A stretch of DNA of 64,000 bases, from contig NIVC01003084.1 in the NCBI GenBank assembly GCA_002269645.1, positions 56,759 through 120,758 on the forward strand, in the 5' to 3' direction. This document shows, piece by piece, positions 1 to 22,055 of the stretch. The stretch's first letter is position 1, and each line of letters starts with the position of its first letter. The notes beneath the pieces are model-generated. The model ran no database searches, was not told the DNA's origin, and saw only the letters and a list, made by a program, of their open reading frames with translations. Made by a program: the position numbers and the translations under genes. The DNA comes from Macrostomum lignano. Lineage: Eukaryota.

Positions 1-250
1 GCTATTGAGAGAGACTTTCCGATAGGACATAATAAAAACGGCATTGAAATTGGCTCCAAATTTATTGTTAATTAGCAAATTTTCATGCACGGAAAGCTTA
101 TTACCGTTTTCCTTAGTTCCAGTCTAGGCATCAAGAAAGGGTCTGTAGCTAGACAGGGCATAGCTATCGAGAGGTAAGACCATAAGGAGGCCATGACCCC
201 CCAATCGTCTGGAAAAGTAATTGACGCCCCTTTGTACTCCTTTGGCGCTC

Positions 251-1675
251 CTAGTGCTGGTGTCCCCTGGTGCTGGTGTCCCCTGGTGCTAGCGCCCCTG
301 GTGCTGGCGTCCCCTGATGCTGGTGTCTCCTGACGCTGGTGTCCCCTGGAGCTGATGTCTCCTGGCGCTGGTGTCTCCTGGTGCTGATGTCTCCTGGCGC
401 TGGTGTCTCCTGGTGCTGGTGTCCCCTGGTGCTGGCGCCCCTGGTGCTGGCGCCCCTGGTGCTGGCGCCCCTGGTGCTGGCGGCCCCTGGTGCTGGTGTC
501 TCCTGGCGCTGGTGTCCCCTGGTGCTGGCGCCCCTGGTGATGGCGCCCCTGGTGCTGGCGCCCCTGGTGCTGGCGCCCCTGGTGCTGGCGCCCCTGGTGA
601 TGACGCCCCTGGTGCTGGCGCCCCTGGTGCTGGCGCCCCTGGTGCTGGCGCCCCTGGTGCTGGCGCCCCTAGTGCTGGCGCCCCTGGTGCTGGCGCCCCT
701 GGTGCTGGCGCCCCTGGTGCTGGTGTCTCCTGGCGCTGGTGTCCCCTGGTGCTGATGTCTCCTGGCGCTGGTGTCTCCTGGTGCTGGTGTCCCCTGGTGC
801 TGGTGTCCCCTGGTGCTGGCGCCCCTGGTGCTGGCGCCCCTGGTGCTGGCGCCCCTGGTGCTGGCGCCCTGGTGCTGGCGCCCCTGGTGCTGGCGCCCCT
901 GGTGATGGCTCTGGTGCTGGTGTCTCCTGGTGCTGGTGTCCCCTGGTGCTGGCGCCCCTGGTGCTGGCGCCCCTGGTGCTGGCGCCCCTGGTGATGGCGC
1001 CCCTGGTGCTGGCGCCCCTGGTGATGGCTCTGGTGCTGGTGTCTCCTGGTGCTGGTGTCCCCTGGTGCTGGCGCCCCTGGTGCTGGCGCCCCTGGTGATG
1101 GCGCCCCTGGTGCTGGCGCCCCTGGTGATGGCGCCCCTGGTGCTGGCGCCCCTGGTGCTGGCGCCCCTGGTGCTGGCGCCCCTGGTGATGGCGCCCCTGG
1201 TGCTGGCGCCCCTGGTGATGGCGCCCCTGGTGCTGACGCCCCTGGTGCTGGCGCCCCTGGTGCTGGTGTCTCCTGGCGCTGGTGTCCCCTGGTGCTGATG
1301 TCTCCTGGCGCTGGTGTCTCCTGGTGCTGGTGTCCCCTGGTGCTGGCGCCCCTGGTGATGGCGCCCCTGGTGCTGGCGCCCCTGGTGCTGGCGCCCTGGT
1401 GCTGGCGCCCTGGTGCTGGCGCCCCTGGTGATGGCTCTGGTGCTGGCGCCCCTGGTGATGGCTCTGGTGCTGGTGTCTCCTGGTGCTGGTGTCCCCTGGT
1501 GCTGGCGCCCCTGGTGCTGGCGCCCCTGGTGCTGGCGCCCCTGGTGCTGGCGCCCCTGGTGCTGGCGCCCCTGGTGCTGGCGCCCCTGGTGCTGGCGCCC
1601 CTGGTGCTGGCGCCCCTGGTGCTGGCGCCCCTGGAGCTGGCGCCACTGGTGCTGGCGCCCCTGGTGCTGGCGCAC
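251..1675. repeat. GC-rich minisatellite, 15-bp core GGTGCTGGCGCCCCT with variant blocks
   Basis: Direct tandem periodicity; it produces the repetitive GAPAP/RGAST ORFs in all frames. Confidence 0.95.
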
Positions 1676-1797
1676 AGTAAAATAAATTTCCCGCCACAAA
1701 TTAACACTAGAGCTTCACCAAGTTAAGCAGAGTTGGTCTCGGTTAGTATGCACTTGAGTAGGTTTCTTGTGTTACTCCCCAATAAACGAGTGGCACA

Positions 1798-2598
1798 TTA
1801 AACGGAGCTCAAGTCCACCCTGCTGGGATGGGGTATAGCAGCTCTGAGCTGACGTAGGCACACTGGGTGGCAGTTGTAGCCCCAACAGACATTTCTATCA
1901 ACCGCACTAACCAGCTCAGACAGTAGCCGAGCCTCGGCCCCAGCTGGCAGCTGTCCGTGGTAGCAAACCTCCAGCATCAGCTCGTCATCGTGATTAGTCC
2001 TGGCAACCAGGCCGGCCCAGGCCCCGTCTGGTTTCCTATGCTTATCGTAGGGATCGAATTGACTCTGGCCGCTGCGCAGGAAATCGGTGAATAATTGAAA
2101 TACTCTGGCGTGAATCGGGCAGGTGCTAGCCAGGTGTTCAACGCTGAATCCGACTCGGCGGTGCGGGAAGCCGGGCTCGAACATTCGCACCTGCATGCTG
2201 TGACCAACCAGCGGCCAGCCGTCCGGGTCGAACAGCACCGACGCGCTGTTCCGGTTGCGGCGCCACCAACCCCGGCCAGGCGGGTGCAGCACCGGTGGCA
2301 CCGGGCACAGGGCTTCAGCTCGGCTGCCACCCTCGGCCTCGCCGCTGCGTAGGCAATTGGTTAAACGGCCTATTAGGGCCGCTACTCGGCGATGCTTGAG
2401 CTCAAGTTGAGCAGTGTAGGGCAGCGGCTGCAACGGCTGCACGTGCTGTCGGATTCGATCGTGAGGCCTGGCCACCCTGGACAGGACCGGGGAGGCGCGG
2501 AACGGCCGGCGCAGACAGCCGGCAGATGCGGGCACCGCGGCATCCAGACAGGCCGCCACTGCGCTACCTGCGACTGATGCTGTTGCTGCCGCTGCCGA
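1798..2598 (-). CDS. TRMT2A: Internal exon of a tRNA (uracil-5-)-methyltransferase TRMT2A-like gene; other exons not identified
   Basis: QPLQPLPYTAQLELK and FTDFLRSGQSQFDPYDKHRKPDGAWAGLVARTNHDDELMLEVCYH resemble the TRMT2A segments VTPLW.VPY.EQL and FQEFIRS..YSAYDP...GHWKQLTVRTS. An acceptor cctccAG at 2600-2599 is in frame with the ORF. The 3' donor is uncertain and the SAM-binding domain is not in the window. Confidence 0.65.
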   Translation of the reverse strand, partial: SAAAATASVAGSAVAACLDAAVPASAGCLRRPFRASPVLSRVARPHDRIRQHVQPLQPLPYTAQLELKHRRVAALIGRLTNCLRSGEAEGGSRAEALCPVPPVLHPPGRGWWRRNRNSASVLFDPDGWPLVGHSMQVRMFEPGFPHRRVGFSVEHLASTCPIHARVFQLFTDFLRSGQSQFDPYDKHRKPDGAWAGLVARTNHDDELMLEVCYHGQLPAGAEARLLSELVSAVDRNVCWGYNCHPVCLRQLRAAIPHPSRVDLSSV

Positions 2599-2620
2599 CT
2601 GGAGGTACGAAAATAAGTTG

Positions 2621-5600
2621 TTAGATAAAGTGTGGTGCTGACACTAATGAACCTAACTATAGTGTGGTGCTGACACTAATGAACCTAACTATAGTGTGGT
2701 GCTGACACTAATGAACCTAACTATAGTGTAGCACTGACACTAATGGACCTAACTATAGTGTAGCACTGACACTAATGAACCTAACTATAGTGTAGCACTG
2801 ACACTAATGAACCTAACTATAGTGTAGCACTGACACTAATGAACCTAACTATAGTGTAGCACTGACACTAATGAACCTAACTATAGTGTAGCACTGACAC
2901 TAATGAACCTAACTATAGTGTAGCACTGACACTAATGAACCTAACTATAGTGTGGTGCTGACACTAATGAACCTAACTATAGTGTAGCACTGACACTAAT
3001 GGACCTAACTATAGTGTAGCACTGACACTAATGAACCTAACTATAGTGTAGCACTGACACTAATGAACCTAACTATAGTGTAGCACTGACACTAATGAAC
3101 CTAACTATAGTGTAGCACTGACACTAATGAACCTAACTATAGTGTAGCACTGACACTAATGAACCTAACTATAGTGTAGCACTGACACTAATGGACCTAA
3201 CTATAGTGTAGCACTGACACTAATGGACCTAACTATAGTGTAGCACTGACACTAATGGACCTAACTATAGTGTAGCACTGACACTAATGGACCTAACTAT
3301 AGTGTAGCACTGACACTAATGGACCTAACTATAGTGTAGCACTGACACTAATGGACCTAACTATAGTTTAGCACTGACACTAATGGACCTAACTATAGTG
3401 TAGCACTGACACTAATGGACCTAACTATAGTGTAGCACTGACACTAATGGACCTAACTATAGTGTAGCACTGACACTAATGGACCTAACTATAGTGTAGC
3501 ACTGACACTAATGGACCTAACTATAGTGTAGCACTGACACTAATGGACCTAACTATAGTGTAGCACTGACACTAATGGACCTAACTATAGTGTAGCACTG
3601 ACACTAATGGACCTAACTATAGTGTAGCACTGACACTAATGGACCTAACTATAGTGTAGCACTGACACTAATGGACCTAACTATAGTGTAGCACTGACAC
3701 TAATGGACCTAACTATAGTGTAGCACTGACACTAATGGACCTAACTATAGTGTAGCACTGACACTAATGGACCTAACTATAGTGTAGCACTGACACTAAT
3801 GAACCTAACTATAGTGTGGCACTGACACTAAAAGACCCAGTTGGAGTGTAGCACTGGGACACTAAAAGACCCAGTTGGAGTGTGGCACTGACACTAAAAG
3901 ACCCAGTTGGAGTGTGGCACTGACACTAAAAGACCCAGTTGGAGTGTGGCACTGACATTTAAAGACCCAGTTGGAGTGTGGCACTGACACTAAAAGACCC
4001 AGTTGGAGTGTGGCACTGACACTAAAAGACCCAGTTGGAGTGTGGCACTGACACTAAAAGACCCAGTTGGAGTGTGGCACTGACACTAAAAGACCCAGTT
4101 GGAGTGTGGCACTGACACTAAAAGACCCAGTTGGAGTGTGGCACTGACACTAAAAGACCCAGTTGGAGTGTGGCACTGACACTAAAAGACCCAGTTGGAG
4201 TGTGGCACTGACACTAAAAGACCCAGTTGGAGTGTGGCACTGACACTAAAAGACCCAGTTGGAGTGTGGCACTGACACTAAAAGACCCAGTTGGAGTGTG
4301 GCACTGACACTAAAAGACCCAGTTGGAGTGTGGCACTGACACTAAAAGACCCAGTTGGAGTGTGGCACTGACACTAAAAGACCCAGTTGGAGTGTGGCAC
4401 TGACACTAAAAGACCCAGTTGGAGTGTGGCACTGACACTAAAAGACCCAGTTGGAGTCTGGCACTGACACTAAAAGACCCAGTTGGAGTCTGGCACTGAC
4501 ACTAAAAGACCCAGTTGGAGTCTGGCACTGACACTAAAAGACCCAGTTGGAGTCTGGCACTGATATAATAATTGAAGCGAATGAAGCCAACTGAAAGCCG
4601 TGTATAAACAATAAAATCACGATAGACGGCGTTCTGCAATTCGAAGCTATTGAAATCCGTGTAAACAGCGAATGGCCTGCTTATTAATACATTTTTAATA
4701 CAAAAAATTGGAGACACGAAACAGATTACAAGAAAGACACAAAAAGACTGCCACAATTAACTGGAGTATAGAACATTAATTTTGTTAATAAATCTTTGCC
4801 TATTTTTATATTGATATTAGAGTAACTAAATCATTCATTTCCAAACATGCATAATAATTAACAGATGGAAATAAAAAACGGTAGAAAAAAATGGAAATGC
4901 TTTCCTCGTGTTTTTTCAAGAGAATTTAATAGTAAAGTTCATTGTGCAACAGAATTAAGTATTGTTACCTTTTAGCATAATGAGTTAGCATAATTAGATA
5001 AAGTGTGGTGCTGACACTAATGAACCTAACTATAGTGTAGCACTGACACTAATGAACCTAACTATAGTGTAGCACTGACACTAATGAACCTAACTATAGT
5101 GTAGCACTGACACTAATGAACCTAACTATAGTGTAGCACTGACACTAATGGACCTAACTATAGTGTAGCACTGACACTAATGGACCTAACTATAGTGTAG
5201 CACTGACACTAATGGACCTAACTATAGTGTAGCACTGACACTAATGGACCTAACTATAGTGTAGCACTGACACTAATGGACCTAACTATAGTGTGGCACT
5301 GACACTAATGGACTTAACTATAGTGTAGCACTGACACTAATGGACCTAACTATAGTGTAGCACTGACACTAATGGACCTAACTATAGTGTAGCACTGACA
5401 CTAATGGACCTAACTATAGTGTAGCACTGACACTAATGAACCTAACTATAGTGTGGCACGGACACTAATGAACCTAACTATAGTGTAGCACTGACACTAA
5501 TGAACCTAACTATAGTGTAGCACTGACACTAATGAACCTAACTATAGTGTAGCACTGACACTAATGAACCTAACTATAGTGTAGCACTGACACTAATGAA

Positions 5601-8270
5601 CCTAACTATAGTGTAGCACTGACACTAATGGACCTAACTATAGTGTGGCACTGACACTAATGGACTTAACTATAGTGTAGCACTGACACTAATGGACCTA
5701 ACTATAGTGTAGCACTGACACTAATGGACCTAACTATAGTGTAGCACTGACACTAATGGACCTAACTATAGTGTAGCACTGACACTAATGAACCTAACTA
5801 TAGTGTGGCACGGACACTAATGAACCTAACTATAGTGTAGCACTGACACTAATGAACCTAACTATAGTGTAGCACTGACACTAATGAACCTAACTATAGT
5901 GTAGCACTGACACTAATGAACCTAACTATAGTGTAGCACTGACACTAATGAACCTAACTATAGTGTAGCACTGACACTAATGGACCTAACTATAGTGTGG
6001 CACTGACACTAATGGACTTAACTATAGTGTAGCACTGACACTAATGGACCTAACTATAGTGTAGCACTGACACTAATGGACCTAACTATAGTGTAGCACT
6101 GACACTAATGGACCTAACTATAGTGTGGCACTGACACTAAAAGACCCAGTTGGAGTGTAGCACTGGGACACTAAAAGACCCAGTTGGAGTGTGGCACTGA
6201 CACTAAAAGACCCAGTTGGAGTGTGGCACTGACACTAAAAGACCCAGTTGGAGTGTGGCACTGACATTTAAAGACCCAGTTGGAGTGTGGCACTGACACT
6301 AAAAGACCCAGTTGGAGTGTGGCACTGACACTAAAAGACCCAGTTGGAGTGTGGAACTGACACTAAAAGACCCAGTTGGAGTGTGGCACTGACACTAAAA
6401 GACCCAGTTGGAGTGTGGCACTGACACTAAAAGACCCAGTTGGAGTGTGGCACTGACACTAAAAGACCCAGTTGGAGTGTGGCACTGACACTAAAAGACC
6501 CAGTTGGAGTGTGGCACTGACACTAAAAGACCCAGTTGGAGTGTGGCACTGACACTAAAAGACCCAGTTGGAGTGTGGCACTGACACTAAAAGACCCAGT
6601 TGGAGTGTGGCACTGACACTAAAAGACCCAGTTGGAGTGTGGCACTGACACTAAAAGACCCAGTTGGAGTGTGGCACTGACACTAAAAGACCCAGTTGGA
6701 GTGTGGCACTGACACTAAAAGACCCAGTTGGAGTGTGGCACTGACACTAAAAGACCCAGTTGGAGTGTGGCACTGACACTAAAAGACCCAGTTGGAGTGT
6801 GGCACTGACACTAAAAGACCCAGTTGGAGTCTGGCACTGACACTAAAAGACCCAGTTGGAGTCTGGCACTGACACTAAAAGACCCAGTTGGAGTCTGGCA
6901 CTGACACTAAAAGACCCAGTTGGAGTCTGGCACTGATATAATAATTGAAGCGAATGAAGCCAACTGAAAGCCGTGTATAAACAATAAAATCACGATAGAC
7001 GGCGTTCTGCAATTCGAAGCTATTGAAATCCGTGTAAACAGCGAATGGCCTGCTTATTAATACATTTTTAATACAAAAAATTGGAGACACGAAACAGATT
7101 ACAAGAAAGACACAAAAAGACTGCCACAATTAACTGGAGTATAGAACATTAATTTTGTTAATAAATCTTTGCCTATTTTTATATTGATATTAGAGTAACT
7201 AAATCATTCATTTCCAAACATGCATAATAATTAACAGATGGAAATAAAAAACGGTAGAAAAAAATGGAAATGCTTTCCTCGTGTTTTTTCAAGAGAATTT
7301 AATAGTAAAGTTCATTGTGCAACAGAATTAAGTATTGTTACCTTTTAGCATAATGAGTTAGCATAATTAGATAAAGTGTGGTGCTGACACTAATGAACCT
7401 AACTATAGTGTAGCACTGACACTAATGAACCTAACTATAGTGTAGCACTGACACTAATGAACCTAACTATAGTGTAGCACTGACACTAATGAACCTAACT
7501 ATAGTGTAGCACTGACACTAATGGACCTAACTATAGTGTAGCACTGACACTAATGGACCTAACTATAGTGTAGCACTGACACTAATGGACCTAACTATAG
7601 TGTAGCACTGACACTAATGGACCTAACTATAGTGTAGCACTGACACTAATGGACCTAACTATAGTGTGGCACTGACACTAATGGACTTAACTATAGTGTA
7701 GCACTGACACTAATGGACCTAACTATAGTGTGGCACTGACACTAATGGACTTAACTATAGTGTAGCACTGACACTAATGGACCTAACTATAGTGTAGCAC
7801 TGACACTAATGGACCTAACTATAGTGTAGCACTGACACTAATGGACCTAACTATAGTGTAGCACTGACACTAATGAACCTAACTATAGTGTGGCACGGAC
7901 ACTAATGAACCTAACTATAGTGTAGCACTGACACTAATGAACCTAACTATAGTGTAGCACTGACACTAATGAACCTAACTATAGTGTAGCACTGACACTA
8001 ATGAACCTAACTATAGTGTAGCACTGACACTAATGAACCTAACTATAGTGTAGCACTGACACTAATGGACCTAACTATAGTGTAGCACTGACACTAATGG
8101 ACCTAACTATAGTGTGGCACTGACACTAATGGACTTAACTATAGTGTAGCACTGACACTAATGGACCTAACTATAGTGTAGCACTGACACTAATGGACCT
8201 AACTATAGTGTAGCACTGACACTAATGGACCTAACTATAGTGTAGCACTGACACTAATGAACCTAACTAT
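2621..8270. repeat. Higher-order repeat, 2373-bp period: 32-bp array A + 32-bp array B + about 430 bp unique DNA; two full units plus a third array A
   Basis: Unit start TTAGATAAAG at 2621, 4994 and 7367. A = GCACTGACACTAATGRACCTAACTATAGTGTA, B = GCACTGACACTAAAAGACCCAGTTGGAGTGTG. Unique block at about 4563-4993 and 6936-7366. Confidence 0.95.
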
Positions 8271-9054
8271 ATGAACCTTGCTGCAGCCCAATTGGGCCTA
8301 TCTCTGCATTGAATTTAATCCAAGATACTCGTATGTTTGCCAATGTAACGGAGTTTCTGTCTATGGTTGCAAGGCTGGCACCTCTTTAGAACTCAGGACT
8401 GCATCATCCAAGTACGACTTCCGTAGAACTTTTCTTAGAAAATTTTGGTTTCTTAGAAAACTCAGACTTTTACAAACAAAGCTTTACAAAATCAGTATAT
8501 CATTATTTTTTTGTCGAATAATGAAAACTTATCATCCCTGCAGTGTACTTTTCGCGCAATACCGGGCTCAAAAATGCCTTTTAAGAAAGAGGTTTCTTTA
8601 GTCCCCTTCTAGTTAAGTAGTCCTTGCTATCATTCATAGACTACAGAAATATAAGCGGACAAAAAGGGCAGCCTTGGATGCTCTTGGATTTTAGCTCAAG
8701 CGGGTTAACTCAGTCCCCTCCGGTTCTGACATTAGACAAAAAATTGCTAATGTCAAACTCAAATTAAAATTCGTCAAACTCAAACAAAAATATTCTTTAA
8801 AAACATGTTTTGCAAAAAATCGGCATAGAGACAGTGGCAAAAAACCGGCAAAAATACTCGCAATATGAAGGGGAAGAGTCACCACTGTTGTCAAATAGAT
8901 GAGTCTCACAACAAAGCATTAACCATATCAGTTCCGAAAAAACTTCAACACTGTACACCTATTTAACCTTCAAATGATTTTAACGGGAAAATTTGTTTGC
9001 ACTTCCCTAAAAGAGATTTGCTAAAAACTCACATTGTTACTTGCGAGTAGGCGC

Positions 9055-9130
9055 GCGCGCGCGTAACAAGCGGCAACGCGTCCTAACCCTCAAACCTAGG
9101 TTCCTGGGTTCGAATCCGCAGACCAATGCA
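9055..9130 (+). mobile_element. tRNA-derived SINE head (fragment)
   Basis: B box GGGTTCGAATCC at 9106-9117; upstream AGCGGCAACGCG matches the head of the copy at 58567. Confidence 0.45.
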
Positions 9131-9342
9131 GTAAAATTAACTTGGCGTTTACACAGGGACTGCTGCTGGTCTGGGTTTAATTAAGCGTCCATGAAGGCTA
9201 GTGTTAATTGAATTAATACCATCAAGCCTGTCAATATCATAATCAAAAAGTACATTAAAACGCTTATTTCTTTTCCAGGCAAAAAGACTACGATAAAAAA
9301 TTTATAGAGTTAAAGCAAAAATCCGACTAGCGCAGACAGAGC

Positions 9343-18414
<9,072 letters not shown>

Positions 18415-18924
18415 GGCATATATGAATGGCTGCAATCTTTTATCATGCCCGGCAGACTGAAATAATTGCATTGATTAGCGGCTTTGCTTTAAGTGAAACA
18501 ATAATTCAAAACTTATGGTTTGACTGAATGATTTGTAACAACTAACAATCCGCAGTTGCGATATAAAGATATCAGTTTCAGCAATTTATGTACATCCATA
18601 ATAATTTTTTACATAACAGGTGCGCCGAAGTGTAAAACAGAATATATCAAATTAATGATGAAAATAAAATGAAACTATACAGCAGTTTGTAAAAAACTTC
18701 TTTACTATACAGTTATAATACAAACTACTTCAAACCTTAAACTATACAGCTTAATTAGCTTAGTTGGGAAAAAGGAAAGTCAAATTCAGACTACAAGAAT
18801 AGGATAAAAATGCCTAAAGTTGTGTTCCTAAAACAAGTTTTAACATTGCAGAAACACAGTAACTTTTGGACAAACGTGACATAGCAAACTGGCACTGGCA
18901 GTGCAGCACGCATTTTACTGATTA

Positions 18925-19207
18925 GGTGGAAATTACCATAGACTATAGGGCCATAACTGGCTGATCAAGTGAAAATTACCATAGACTATAAGCCCATATC
19001 TGGCTCATCAAGTGAAAATTACCATAGACTATAAGCTCATAACTGGCAGATCAAGTGAAAATTACCATAGACTATAGGCCTAGATCTGACTGATCAAGTG
19101 AAAGTTACTATAAACTATAGGCCTAGATCTGGCTGATCAAGTGAAAGTTACCATAGACTATAGGCCTAGATCTGGCTGATCAAGTGAAAGTTACCATAGA
19201 CTATAGG
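18925..19207. repeat. 43-bp tandem repeat (about 6.5 copies) between FBXW9 and TPCN2
   Basis: GTGAAAATT at 18969, 19012 and 19055. Confidence 0.9.
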
Positions 19208-19583
19208 TCATGTGCACACTTGCATTAATCAAAGTTTGCTCGCATTAGATATAGTAAGAAGCAAGGCAATCACTAGATTGTTTTTTAATACCACAATCGG
19301 CATAAAAACCCATGTTTATTTCCCTGATAAATAAATAAAAAGAATACAAGCTATACAATTGTTAAATATTATCTTACTGAATAAAAAAGAATGCAGGGTC
19401 TCAAAGACAAACGGGACATTACTCGTCACTAAATTAATATCACTAAGCTGAAGCATTTTTTGAAGCATTCTTTCGTTCTAGGAATTGAACTTTTTAATAT
19501 AATTCTATCAAGAAGCAGATAATTATAAAACAGATTAAATCCCCTCAGATTCTCCCAGATTGATGCATTCATTTAAAAGCGGC

Positions 19584-22055
19584 TTAATCGCGCCACCAAA
19601 ATTGCAAATCGCCGTCAAGCGAACCCGTAGCGACGACGCCATCCCGACAGCTGACCGAGACGGCGTTGGGCCAGCCGGCCAGCGGCCTGGGCGGCAGAGT
19701 GGCCAAATAGGCCTGCATTGGGTGCCGCTCCCGGCAGACCAGCACCGCACCGTCGGGCGAATCAATGCAGGTCACATTGTTGCCGACTCCTAGTTTCTGA
19801 TGCTGTTGCTGTTGCTGCTCCTGCTGCACCGAATCGCTACCAACAAACTCGGCGGCGTCGAGATCGGCAGCGAACGAGCTGGCATCGATGAGGCGGCAGT
19901 GACGGCGGCACCAGTTGAAGCAGCGAATACCGCCGTGCTGTACGGCGCCCCAGATCTGTCTGGTGTCGCCGGCGTCGCCTGCCGGCTGTTGGCTGGACAG
20001 ACAGCGGAGGTAGCGGGATCGGCCAAGGCTGAACTGCTGGACAGGCTGGCTCAGGCTGGCTCTGAGGTCCGTCACGCATACGTTGGTGTCTTCGCCTGCG
20101 TGAGCGGGGCGACTTTGCATTGGATACTGGAGACTGGGATTTATAAGGCAAAATATCTCAGATTAGCATTAGAAAGACGATTTTTTCTCGGAATTAGGGG
20201 TGATTTTCTGTCGGGATTGAAATCTCTCCGGGTATTTTAAAGGCCATTTCTCTCAAAATTGGCGGGCGATTTTCTCTGGAAATTGGGGGGGAAGGCAATT
20301 TAATCTCGTGATTAGGGAGTGGCGATTTTCTCTCGAAATTGGGGGACGATTTTCTCTCGAATTAGGGGCGATTTTCTCAGAGAATTAGGGGCGATTTTTT
20401 CTTAGGATTAGGGGCGATTTTCTCCTGGAATTAGGGGTGATTTTCTCCTGGAATTAGGGGCGATTTTCTCCTGGAATTAGGGGCGATTTTCTCAGAGAAT
20501 TAGGGGCGATTTTCTCTCGGGATTAGGAGATTTGCTCTCGAGATTAGGGGAGGGGGGGCGATTTCCTCCCGAAATTGGGGGGGATTTTCTTTCGAAGTGG
20601 GGGGATAAATTGCTGATATTGCTGTGAAAAAATTAACTAAACAAGCCAGCCTGTGCATCAATGAATATGCTTAACAAGACTCACCCGCGGTGAGCAGGTA
20701 GTGATCCGACAGCGGCAGCACGCACAGCACTGGCCTGGAGCTGTGCACCGTGACTCGCCGCCTTGTATCGCGAATATCTCTACAGTCAAGCACGTAGGCG
20801 CTCCGATCGAAGCAGCCGGCCAGGGCGACGTTCTTCCCCAGCCAGGCGGTGCACAGGACCGGGCTGCCCAGCATCACGGCATCGGCCAGCTGGGCGGGGT
20901 GCAGGGCAAACCGGCGCAGCACCCGGTCCCAGCATCCCGTCAGCACCGAGTCCTCGTGGGCCGCCACGCTCCAGATCCAGCCGCGGTGGTGCTGCCGGTC
21001 ACGGTAGGAGAAGCAATCCGCGTCCGCGGCGCCCGACCGGATGCCGCGCAGCGACACCAGCCCGAACGTCTGCATGGGATGGAAGACAGGGAGTCGCTGA
21101 TGGATGAAACAGAAGCATTTACCGAAGACGCAGGCCATCCGTGATGCGAGTTTTTGTTTGTGTTTTTAATTATTGAGGAAGGCTTTGGGAATTTTCCGCC
21201 GAGCTCTAAGCAGGCACACAAAGGGTGCACATCGGCCTGGGGTTCTCATTGTCAGGCATGTCAGGTCCAAAATTAATGAAGGCCCACCATGTGCGGAATC
21301 GAACCCAGGGTCTAGATATTGTGCGAGGCGACAGATTCAGACGCTCTGATACCCGGACCCGAAACTGAGCTTGAGATTGCAACCCAATTTTCGAGCTTAT
21401 AATTTTCGAGTTTGTAAAAGTTGACCAATGCGAGTTTCGGCATTCCAATCCGAAGGCAGCCACTCGCCTGATCGCGGCTGCCAACGGCGGCCAGCCCGCA
21501 GCTGCTGGGCAGCAATTGCAGCGCGTCGATGCACACCCCGATGCCGTACTGCATCCGCCGGTGCCTGGAACGCGACGGATCGCCAAACCGGTCGATTGCC
21601 GTCTCCAGGGCTGTACACCGTCTGCGCCAACGATGCCCGTCGTCAAGATCGTCGACATCCCCGCCGCCGCCGCTGCCACCGTCAGCAGCGTCTTCGGCAG
21701 AGTTGATGGAGGAAGTCGACGACAACTCGTCGGGTAGGCGAAATCGCCGAGGCGCTCCGGCTTCTTCTTGAACGGCTCCGTCGCAGATCTCGCCTGCGCC
21801 CGGCAGCTGGCGGCTGTGCAGCAGGCGACGGACGCGCATCTGCCAGAAGACGCGGCTGCCAAGCAGCTGGCGCATCCGCTGGCAGGTGGCGCTCAACTGG
21901 GCGACGGAGCGGCAGTCCAGGTGGCCGCACAGGCGCTCAATTAGTTCAACGGGCAAGCGGATTAGCTGGCTATTATCAAGCGTATCGATTGCGTTGCCGG
22001 GCAAATTCTCTTTGTTACTATTGTCACTGGGCGTTGAACGCACGAGAGCCGTCAT
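19584..22055 (-). CDS. FBXW9: F-box/WD40 repeat protein 9, about 494 aa. Exons: 21468-22055, 20685-21069, 19584-20095
   Basis: F-box LIRLPVELIERLCGHLD...FWQMR. FBXW9-like segments CTALETAIDRF, AVGSRDQTFGLVSLR, HRGWIWSVAAHEDSVLTGCWD, SPVLC, SRPVLCV and LLTAGED. Phases are consistent; intron 1 needs a GC donor. Confidence 0.88.
20225..20600. repeat. Degenerate minisatellite of about 21 bp, AATTAGGGGCGATTTTCTCTC (FBXW9 intron 2)
   Basis: Recurring motif read directly. Confidence 0.8.
21180..21365 (-). mobile_element. tRNA-derived SINE copy in FBXW9 intron 1
   Basis: Minus-strand B box GGGTTCGATTCC (21295-21306) followed by the family core ACATGCCTGAC...GTGCACCC...GTGTGCCTGCT. Confidence 0.6.

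Noticed and set aside
251-1726. Many long ORFs (up to 482 aa) resembling collagen or mucin
   Set aside because: All frames on both strands stay open only because the 15-bp GC-rich repeat lacks stops; no unique coding context.
2621-8270. CRISPR-like array (32-bp hairpin repeats)
   Set aside because: No unique spacers between repeats, no cas genes, eukaryotic context.
8278-8909. ORFs of 107 and 72 aa; possible first exon of the TRMT2A-like gene
   Set aside because: No recognisable motif and no phase-compatible donor found.
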